From the IMG/VR virus record IMGVR_UViG_3300045988_023906: 64,000 nucleotides of DNA. One strand, given 5' to 3'. The stretch is from a virus. Made by a program: the position numbers and the translations under genes. The notes under the pieces were generated by a model, which ran no database searches, had not been told where the DNA came from, and saw nothing but the letters and a program-made list of their open reading frames with translations. Shown piece by piece: positions 27,319-37,400 of the stretch. Position 1 is the stretch's first letter, and every line of letters starts with the position of its first letter.

Positions 27319-30105
27319 ATGGTTAATAGAAAAGTTATAAGGAAACACAATAGTCCTGTTACTACTGGTATCATTAATAGATATGATGATGGTGGTAGTA
27401 TATGGGACATTAGCAAGCTTTTTACCAAAGAAAACTTAGGTAAACTAGGTCTTGGATTATTAGGCCCCGCTGGTAATGCAGCAAATGGTTTAATAAGTAA
27501 TGGACTAAGTTCAGGAGCAGGCAATGCAGTCAATAAAGTAGGAAGTACTGTGGGTTCTGCCATTAGCACAGTCAACCCTTTATTAGGAGGCATTGTATCT
27601 GCTGGTACTGGGTTGATAGGTGGTATAACCAATGCATTATTCGGTTCAAAGATTAATGAGGAAAATGTCAATAATGTCAGAAACTCCAATAATGCCCTGA
27701 GTACAGTTAAAGTTGATAGCAGTAGCAATGACTCTATACTTAATCAATGGTCTAATCAGGACTTTGGAGCAGACTTCTCCCAATCAGATATTGGGAAAGA
27801 TGGATTGTTCAGTGACAAGGCAGAAGATTTATATAATGAGTTGAAGAAGGAACAGGAGATAGCCAGAGGCAGAGCACTGCTAAGTTATGATAATGCAATA
27901 GAAAGTGCTGATAAGATGAATGATTTAAGAGCTATGTCCAATTACATGGCAAAGGGAGGTAAGATTCATATCAAGCCTGAGAACAGAGGCAAGTTTACTG
28001 CCCTTAAAAAGAGGACTGGAAAGTCAGCATCTTGGTTCAAGGAGCATGGTACTCCTGCACAAAAGAAGATGGCTACCTTTGCCTTGAATGCTAGAAAGTG
28101 GAAACATGATGATGGAGGATGGATAGATGAAGAGTTTACTTTGCCTTACAGTGCCTATATAGCAGACAGGGTAAATAACATGGGACTTAATAACTCTCAA
28201 AAGGCTGCTGTATACAGTTCAATATATGGGGAATCAAGGTTCAATCCCTATGCCTATAATCCCAGAGGTGGTGGAAAGGGAGCACATGGAATCATGCAAT
28301 GGAGAGGTGCCAGAATACCTGAAAGCTCTTATCTGCCTAGCCAAATGGACTACTTGGAAAATACACTTAATAGTGTAGATAGGATGAATTGGTTGAGTAA
28401 GAGAAGTCTGAACAATTTCAAGAAATCCAATACTCCTGAGGCTTCCTCCTCTGCATTTGAAAGAGGATATGTCAGGGGAGAGGAGTTCTCTAGAACCTCT
28501 AAAAGAAAGAAGGCAAGGTCTGTATATGACAAGATGCACACTCCCAGTCTGTCTGACTTATCAGATTATAATATGAGAACTATTACCAAACCTAATATAC
28601 AAATACCTTTTAATCCATTTGGAGATGGTGGCCTCATGGGTACTCATGGGGCAGATTTTACCAATGGTGTCACTGTTATAAATAATGGAGGATACCATGA
28701 AGAGAATCCACATGAAGGAGTACAGATTGGGGTTGATTATAATGGAATACCTAATCTTGTGGAAGAAGGAGAGGTGATTTATAATGATTATGTATTTAGT
28801 AACAGGATTAAAGTACCTGATTCAGTGAAGCAGAAGTATAAATTGAAAGGTGGCAAAGGTCTGACATTTGCAGATGCTGCCAAAAGGATTCAAAAGGAGT
28901 CTGAGGAAAGACCCAATGACCCAATAAGCAAGAGAGGGCTGGAAGATGGTCTCATAAAGTTAATGCAGGAGCAAGAGGCTCTTAGAGGACAGGGGCAATA
29001 TGGACTTGAAGGAGTACAATATGCAGAAGGAGGTCTTATACCTGATGATTACACATATACTCCGGTGTTTGGTTCTTGGAAATCAGGAGAGATGCCAGAG
29101 GTTACAGCTACAGCAAAGAGACCCAGCATGATTAAATATGTGGATTATGACATACCTTCTACCATAGAGCCTATAGGTATTGATGGGCTTTATGCAGGAT
29201 TTAGTGGCCTGTCTCCTATGGAAATATCAGGTATTGGTGAAGTAGGATATGATATACCTTCTAATGTGGAAGGTACAACTCCTGCTAAAGTTAGGGTACC
29301 CAAAAGAAAGGGTAATACAGATAGAAGAGGATTTGATGCTACTTGGCTAAGATATGCACCTGTAGTAGGAGCTGCAATAGGACTAGGACAGAACTTATTC
29401 AGTAGACCAGACTATACAAGTGCAGATACAATACTTGAAGCAGCTAATCAAGCAGGTAATTATACTCCAGTAGAATATACTCCAATAGGCAACTACTTAC
29501 AATATAGACCTTTTGACAGAAGCTTCTATTTGAATAAACTTAATGCACAGGCAGGTGCTACAAGAAGGGCTATTATGAATACTACAAGTCCTTCAAGAAA
29601 TGCAGCTTTACTTGCAGCAGACTATAATGCTTTAGGCAGATTAGGAGACTTGGCTAGACAAGCTGAAGAGTATAATCTAGCACAGAGACAAGCTGTTGAG
29701 ACATTCAATAGAGGTACTAATATGACTAACTCAGAAATGGGACTCAAAGCTGCAATGGCTAATCAGGAAGCTGCATTAAAGGCAAGGAGTTCAAGATTAA
29801 GTGGAGTAGCACAGGCTATGGCAATGAGAGATGCTATTGATAATAGAAGAAGTGCTAGTATGAGTGCTAATCTTACTAACTTATTTGACTCATTAGGAAG
29901 TATTGGTAAAGAGGAATTTACTAAGGATATGATAGAAAAGAACTCTGCTCTATTGTATGATTGGATGGGCAAGTATAAAGGTCTAGGTGATAAATCTAAA
30001 GAAGATGACCAAGCTCACTTTGCAGAAAGTTTTGAGTCAATGAAGAAGGCAAGTAAGAAAAGAAGTAAAGGTGGGTATTTAACTATTAAAAAGAGGAGAA
30101 AGTAA
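27319..30105 (+). CDS. virion cargo protein with Gly-rich N-terminal region and phage-tail-lysozyme-type peptidoglycan hydrolase domain
   Basis: ATG at 27319 (the track TTG at 27298 lies inside the promoter). The glycine-zipper-like stretch is LGLGLLGPAGNAANGLISNGLSSGAGNAV...GGIVSAGTGLIGGITNALFG. The lysozyme-like segment is AAVYSSIYGESRFNPYAYNPRGGGKGAHGIMQWRGARIP. Confidence 0.6.
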   Translation: MVNRKVIRKHNSPVTTGIINRYDDGGSIWDISKLFTKENLGKLGLGLLGPAGNAANGLISNGLSSGAGNAVNKVGSTVGSAISTVNPLLGGIVSAGTGLIGGITNALFGSKINEENVNNVRNSNNALSTVKVDSSSNDSILNQWSNQDFGADFSQSDIGKDGLFSDKAEDLYNELKKEQEIARGRALLSYDNAIESADKMNDLRAMSNYMAKGGKIHIKPENRGKFTALKKRTGKSASWFKEHGTPAQKKMATFALNARKWKHDDGGWIDEEFTLPYSAYIADRVNNMGLNNSQKAAVYSSIYGESRFNPYAYNPRGGGKGAHGIMQWRGARIPESSYLPSQMDYLENTLNSVDRMNWLSKRSLNNFKKSNTPEASSSAFERGYVRGEEFSRTSKRKKARSVYDKMHTPSLSDLSDYNMRTITKPNIQIPFNPFGDGGLMGTHGADFTNGVTVINNGGYHEENPHEGVQIGVDYNGIPNLVEEGEVIYNDYVFSNRIKVPDSVKQKYKLKGGKGLTFADAAKRIQKESEERPNDPISKRGLEDGLIKLMQEQEALRGQGQYGLEGVQYAEGGLIPDDYTYTPVFGSWKSGEMPEVTATAKRPSMIKYVDYDIPSTIEPIGIDGLYAGFSGLSPMEISGIGEVGYDIPSNVEGTTPAKVRVPKRKGNTDRRGFDATWLRYAPVVGAAIGLGQNLFSRPDYTSADTILEAANQAGNYTPVEYTPIGNYLQYRPFDRSFYLNKLNAQAGATRRAIMNTTSPSRNAALLAADYNALGRLGDLARQAEEYNLAQRQAVETFNRGTNMTNSEMGLKAAMANQEAALKARSSRLSGVAQAMAMRDAIDNRRSASMSANLTNLFDSLGSIGKEEFTKDMIEKNSALLYDWMGKYKGLGDKSKEDDQAHFAESFESMKKASKKRSKGGYLTIKKRRK

Positions 30106-30106
30106 C

Positions 30107-31414
30107 ATGGCAAATTATTCATTAGTGGTAGGGTCAAAATTCAGTCCTTTCTCTTACCAAGAGTTACTTCAGCCTGCTTTAATGGCTACACAAGCACATC
30201 AAGAACTTGAAAATCAATACTCAGAGTTAGCTACTAAAGCTAATATATGGGATAAACTTGCTAATAAACAGACTGATCCTAAGGCTTATAGAATGTATAA
30301 GACATATTCAGATGAACTCAAAGATAAGGCAAGTAAACTAGCAAGAGAAGGATTAAATGCTTCAAGTAGGCAAGAACTGTTAAATATGAGGAATAGGTAC
30401 TCACAGGATATAGTACCAATAGAGAAAGTATATAATCAAAGAAGCAAGTTAGCAGAAGAACAGAGAAAGTTAAGAGCAGCTAATCCATCAATCATGTTTG
30501 ACAGGGATTTCTCTTTAATATCATTAGATGACCTTCTAGACAATCCAGAGTTAAGTTATACTTCAGTTAGTGGAGATGATTTATATAAGAAAGGTAAGGA
30601 AGCTGCTATATCTGCATCATCAAGAATGATGAATGTATCTCCTGCATTACAAGGTCAATACTGGAAGATAAGACAGGGATATGGAGCAGATGCAGCTAAT
30701 GAGTTCTTATTAAACCAATCTAATATACCTGAACTTAAAGATGCTATAAATAGAATAGTATCACAGTCAGGAGTTACAAAGGAAAATTTAAGTAGAGCTA
30801 TAGACTATACTATAAGTGGTATAATGTCTGGAATATCATATAATGAAAGTTATCAAGCTAATAGGGGATATATAGACCCAGCAGAAAGAGAAAGATTAGC
30901 TTTAGCTAGAGAACAGTTTGAGTGGTCTAAGGATAGATGGGAAGATGAGCAGTTAGGAGCTGAATTACCTAATGGAGATAGAGTTAAAGATGTTGGAGGT
31001 GGAAGAGTTAGGATAACACACCCTGATGGAAAGGTTGAAATTATGGCTGCCCCTAAATCTACTAGTGTCTCAAAAGGTCAGAATAAAGATAAGAAGCCAT
31101 TCTCTGGATTACAATTTAAGATGTGGAACAACTCTAGTGCTACTACAGATTTCCAAGAAGGATTATCTAATGAAGAGTGGACTACTAAGAGAAAGGGCTT
31201 TGATACAGGAGATGAAGAACAAATATCATTTACTGACCTAAGTAACTCAATGCAGACTAATTTGGCAGCTAAGTTAGCTGAGTATGGCTTAACATTTGAT
31301 GATGTAGAAGTATGGAGAGACCATGACTCATTCTCAGATGACCATTACCAAATAAGATTAAAACAAAGTGAATCAAATACATCTCAAGAACCTATAGGGT
31401 TTGGAGATTTATAA
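30107..31414 (+). CDS. hypothetical virion (cargo-block) protein
   Basis: 435-aa ORF between the lysozyme-domain protein and the 2396-aa giant. Confidence 0.4.
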   Translation: MANYSLVVGSKFSPFSYQELLQPALMATQAHQELENQYSELATKANIWDKLANKQTDPKAYRMYKTYSDELKDKASKLAREGLNASSRQELLNMRNRYSQDIVPIEKVYNQRSKLAEEQRKLRAANPSIMFDRDFSLISLDDLLDNPELSYTSVSGDDLYKKGKEAAISASSRMMNVSPALQGQYWKIRQGYGADAANEFLLNQSNIPELKDAINRIVSQSGVTKENLSRAIDYTISGIMSGISYNESYQANRGYIDPAERERLALAREQFEWSKDRWEDEQLGAELPNGDRVKDVGGGRVRITHPDGKVEIMAAPKSTSVSKGQNKDKKPFSGLQFKMWNNSSATTDFQEGLSNEEWTTKRKGFDTGDEEQISFTDLSNSMQTNLAAKLAEYGLTFDDVEVWRDHDSFSDDHYQIRLKQSESNTSQEPIGFGDL

Positions 31415-31423
31415 ATTAATAAT

Positions 31424-34400
31424 ATGGCTTTAGAAGGATTAAAAGGATTGACAGCTCAGGATAGAGCCAATTGGGAAAAGAAATATAGTGCATATCTTTC
31501 AGGAAAATCTTCTGATGAAATAGAAAGAATGTATAGAAATGAAATGTTTAAGGCAAAGTTTAAGGGCAGAGAAGATTACTCTGCCCTTAAACAGATGTCT
31601 CCTGAAGAGAGGGATGCCTTTTATAATAAAAGCTATACTGATTCTATTGAAGCAGTTAGGAGAAGTGCAAAAAGATATAGTGCCAATAATGATTTATTTA
31701 CTGTAAAGTCAGATGCAACTAGAGTCAGAGAGCCTATAAGATATGAACTGTCTCCTCAAGAGCAAGAGGCTTTCAAGGCTAAGTCAATAGCCTATGATAA
31801 TGCTATGAGGAAGTATAGTAGTGATTATGCTAAAAATGCCTATGATAGGGACCATGCTGTAAAAGATATAAGAACTGTTGCTGAGAGTGTATCACCATAT
31901 TATAGAAAGTATAAAAACACTGATTATCTTCCCTTTACAAATAATGACTGGCAAAATATTGCTACTGAGTATAATGCCAAGAGAGATGCTTATGGAGAAG
32001 AAAGTGCTAATATATGGCTGCAAGGTAAAATGCAGGATACAGCATCAAAGAACCAAAGCTTGTTTGAAAAGGCATGGAATGGTTTTGTAGGAATGGGGGC
32101 ATCAGCAGCAGGAGCACTTATAGGAACTTATGGTATGCTCAAAGGTGCTTATGACTATGTTGCTGGCAATTATAAGGATGTAAAAGGCCTGAATGGGTTT
32201 GAGAATTTTATGAATTCTGTAATGGATAATGATATTACCAGATTTGGTAATGATGTTACCCAATACGGAACAATAATTAACTTAGATGAAGCTAAAAAGA
32301 GTGGATTATCTGAGTTGGAGGTAATGCAGACTCAAGGACAACAAAGTGGTTCAGATAGTTTATTTGACCAAATATTCAATGTAAATACTATACCTGTAGC
32401 CATGCAGTCAGGAGGATTTACTGCAGCATCTATGCTAGCTGGATATGGAGAGGCCAAGTTGGCTGGATGGGCATTTAAAGGCATGAAGGGTGCTACAATG
32501 TTAGGTAAGACAGGTAGTACTACTCAGAAGTTAATGCAGGCTAGAAACACTCTCAATTCTATTCAAAAGGCTGAAAACTTTACTAATAAGTTTGTTATCC
32601 CTGGTCTTGCTGGAACTACTGAGGGTGTTATTGAAGGGCTTAATACTAAACTAGAAGTTCTAGAGGACTCCAAGAAAAAAATAGCAGAAGCTCAATCTAA
32701 ATATGTAGATAGAAGATTTAAGGAACTGTATGAGGCTGAGTATAATAAAAGAATGCAGGAAGCCTACAATAAGTCAAAACTCACTAGGAATAGAGAAACA
32801 GGAAGGATGACTTCTTCTTTTAACCCTAATAAAGAGTCAAAGAAGATTTTAGATGATTTATATAAGCAAGCTTGGGATGAATATTCATCTAAGTATAAAG
32901 AAGCCCTAAATCAGGCAGAGTTTGCTGCTAGTAAAGCAGGAGTTAATAATTTCTTAGTGAACTCAGCTATTAATGGAGTAATAAACCAAACATTAAAAGC
33001 TGGATTGCAGTCTTCTACTGTACAGGGTACTCTTCAAAAGTCAAGACTATTTAATTGGGCAACTCCTAAAGGTAAATTTGATATAACAGGCTCAGGTGCA
33101 AATACTACTGTAACTCCTAAGTATAGAGCTTGGAAACAAACTTGGAATATAGCAAAAGAGCCACTTGGTGAATTTACAGAAGAGTACTTACAGAGTGTAT
33201 CTAATGCTACAATGAGTGGAGGTGCAGCCAATAATATTCATCAGTTTATTGAAAATAAATATAATGGTGATGGCTCTGCTGAAGTAGGTGATTATATGGC
33301 TGGAGATTTTACAGCAGCCCTACTATCTATGGGTGAATCTATGGTAGATAATGAAACCATTAAATCAGGTATTTATGGTGCTATATCTTCAGCTATGGGA
33401 ACTCCTGTATTTAGAGGTGGAGATTATACTAAAAGAGTGAAAGGAAGTGATGGTAAATACCATACTGAAATTGACTTGTCTAGAAGAGAAGGAGAGAGCA
33501 GGTTAGGTCATATAACCAGACTAATGCCTTGGAGAAGTGGTATCACTAATGCTATAAGAGAGAATGCTGAGACAAAAAGACAATTATATGATGATGCTAA
33601 GACCTTAGAAACTTGGTTAAGAGACCCTAATAACAAAGCTAAGTTTGATGGTATAGTAGGTACATATAACTGGGCAAAGCAGATGGAGAGTGATGCTAAA
33701 AGTAATGATGAGTTTGGATATAGAAACAGCTTGTTAGGTAAGACTATCAATGATGTATTCATGTTAGATAAGATGAGGGGAACTCAGTATTATGATTCAT
33801 TTATGAATGAACTTATTACTGTAGCTAACCTTGAAGAAGGTACAGAACAGGCTAATAGCTATATTAAATCTATGAGGGACAACATCAATACTCAAGATAG
33901 TAATGTTAGTGATACAGAAGTACTTAACCAGTTAAAGAGTAATGCCAATAAACTACTTAATACTATTAATACCATACAGAAGGAGTCTGATAAGATAGAT
34001 AGAACATTAGGCAATGTAGATGAAGATACAAAGCAAGCTCTTATATTTGGTCAGATGTCTTTGCAGGATTGGGATAGTAGAGGCAAGAAGATTGAATCTG
34101 AACTTGGTAATATAGCATCTCTTATAACTGACAGCTCTAAGCCTGTTAGTAACATGTCTCCTGAACTAAGAGATATTGTAAGTAGGTATGGCTCATTAAG
34201 TAGGGCTAAAAAAGTTAAGGAAGAGTTATCTAACTCCTTACAGAGCATTAGCAAGGATATTGATAATCTGAATAATAGGAAGGATAACCTTACAGACTCT
34301 GAAAAGACAATCCTGAAAGAGAAGAAAGCTAAGCTGAAATCTATTAATAAGGTACTTAATACATTAAAGAGCATTGATAATGTAGAAGAGGAGTCTACTG

Positions 34401-37400
34401 TATTAAATGACTCTGAAATAATGGCTTTGCCTGCAATAGATAGAGCTATTATGATGAATAAAGAAAATCTCTCAAATTATTCAGAGGAGCAAAGAGATAT
34501 TATAAGTAATCTTATAGATAGAGGTACATCTAAGGATATAAACTTCTACAATAAGATACAGGATGCTGGAAGAATGGAATTGGCTAAACAGTCATTCTTG
34601 ACTCAATACAATGAGATACTGAGAGACCCTAACAGCTTTAATATGTATGTTCAAAGAGCTAAGCAGGCTGCATCTGATGTACTTACTAAGAAGAAGTATG
34701 AATCTATAGATAAAATATCTGATTATAAGGACTTTGCACTGAAGATGGATAAACTTATGGATAATGGGTCTCCTAGAGAACAAAGACTTATAATAAATGC
34801 TCTATCCAAATCAAATAACTCTAATTATGAGAGATATAAGAATGATAGAAAAACTCTTGAAGGTTTATTTAATCAGATAGTAAATGATGATGCTTTTAGG
34901 GATATAGATGCTAATGATGCAGATATGTTTGCATTATCTCTACAGTATTTAAGTAACAATGGAGTTGATTTGAATGATGAGAATGCTGTTGTTAATTCAC
35001 TGTCTGAAGTAGATAGTGATGGTAACTCATTATTCCAAAAGTATGTAGAAGATATAAACTCTAACTCTCCTGATGAGACTAAAGTTGTATTTACTAGTAT
35101 TGGTGAAGCAATACAGACTTATAAGGATGTAATGCAGAACTATAAAAGGGATGAAGATGAAAGAGCTAATAACTCTAAGCCAGTAGAGGTACAAAGTACT
35201 ACAACAGAACAATCTGCCCCTGCTAAGCCTGTAAATCCTATGCCTGGCATATTTGGTTCAGCAGCTACTACATTAGAGGAAGCCAATGAGTCTGCAAAGA
35301 AGACTGTAGAGGAACAGTCTTTACCAGCTGATAATACTACTTCAGCAACTACAGATAATACAGTTGAGAGTAAAGAAGATAAGAAATCAGATGAAAAACC
35401 AGAACCATTTGATACTTCTTCAAGACAGGAGAGTAATAACTCTATAGAGGAATTTAGAGAAAACAGTAATGATGATATAGCTAAAAGTGCTGAACTGGGG
35501 TCAAGAGTTATAAGAAACTCTTCTGATAATTATTCAGAAAATGCAAAGAATACAGCAGAGGAAATACTAAACAGCTTCAGTAAGAATGAGTTTGAAAACC
35601 CAGATGAGTTAAGTGAAGCTTTAGTACAAAAGGCTAATCAGTTAGATACTTCAGCTGATGAAAATGATGAGGATGCTATGCAGGCATCTGCATTACTGAG
35701 GCAGGCTGCATCTAAAATTACAAACCAAACTCAGGAAAGAAAAATAAAGGAAAAGGAGGAAGAAGAGAGAGCTTCAGAAAACAAGAAACCTTCACTATTT
35801 GATAGAGCAAGGCAGAAGACTCAAGATACCAATAGAAGCATATTTGATAATAACTCAATGTCTTCTTTAATAGACTCTTCAGATATACAGTGGTTAAGGG
35901 AGAATTACCCAGATAGCCCAATAGTTAAATATTGGGATAAGAACAATATAGAGTCTTTTATAAGAAGTGGAAAGTTAAAGACTGGTAAAGATGCTACTAG
36001 AGTATATTTTGTAACAGATAATATATTAGCTCAAGAAATAAAAGCTAATATGGAATCTAATGGAGCTAATTATACTAACTTGGATATTCCTATAATAGCA
36101 GTGGTTGAGGATGAGAATGGTACATTAATCATAGATAACAAGAAGTATCAGCCTATAGGTACTTTCCCATCAACTAATACTAGTAATTATAAAGGTGTAG
36201 GAAATGTAGGAAGGATAAGAGAGTTAGTGGGAAACCAAAAATCTGGAAAACTCATAAGGGATAAGAATGGTAATATACTGACTTCAACATTAGCATCAAT
36301 AGTTGCTAAGGCTCCTGAAAGAGTACCAGTAGGTAAACCTAATAATAATGCACAAAATCTATCTTTTAATACTTTAAGTAAGGAAGACCAAACCTCATTA
36401 AGAAGTGTCCCAAAGAGGGATAGGTATAAGAATCCTATATATGCTAAAATGAGAAAAGCATTTCTTGATAGATTAGGATTCTCTGAAAGTAACAAGTACC
36501 TATATGTAAATGTACCTAATTTGAAAGATAGTGTAAAAGACTTTAGAGTATTTATAAGGTCTATTTCTAACACTGTTGACAGAAACTCTAATAAGTCTAT
36601 AGTAGAATTATTTAATGAGGGTGATATAAATGCCCTATTAAATTCTAATAGTAGGTTAATCAAGGCAGGTACTGTATTGGATGAAATGTCTTCCAGCTTT
36701 CCTGATAACTCTGAAATTACATTGGATAGAGTAGATGGGCAATTAGTTCCTACTAGTGAGTTTGCTGATAGATTAAATGAGCTGTCTAATACTCTGACTA
36801 GAAAGATGAATAACTATCTTATTCTGCCTAATCAGAATTGGAAATATGTAATATCACCTACTGAAGAAATATTAGAGGATGGAAGAAGAATGTTCTCTAT
36901 AAGTATCTCAGATGGTAATACTACTATACTAGTAGGTAGGATAACTAATGGTACAATGTCTCCACAAACTAAGTTTGAGTTCTTTAGGAATCTTATAATG
37001 GATGGAACTGAAACTAGGAAGATGGGAAACTTTGATTTTATAAAGTGGCAGGTAGAGTACCCAAAAAGTGGAAATAGTATAGATACTGTCAAGGGAAATC
37101 TAGCTAATGCCTTTGATGATGGTATATTGGAAATGAGTAATGAAGGTATAGAGTATAAAGTTAAGGGAATAGAAGTTAGGTCCCCTTTCACTTCTACAGG
37201 TGAAACTATAAGACCAGTAGAAGTATCTAACCCAAGTAATGCTACTCCTTCTACTCCTGTTAATACTCCTACTGTATCAGCTACTGACCAAGTGCAATCT
37301 GATAAAGCTATAATAGATAGTGAGACAGGTACTGTACTTGAAGGAAAGGTAGAAGAAAAGACTAATGTTAAGTTAGAAGCAGCAAGAGTTATAGCTGATA

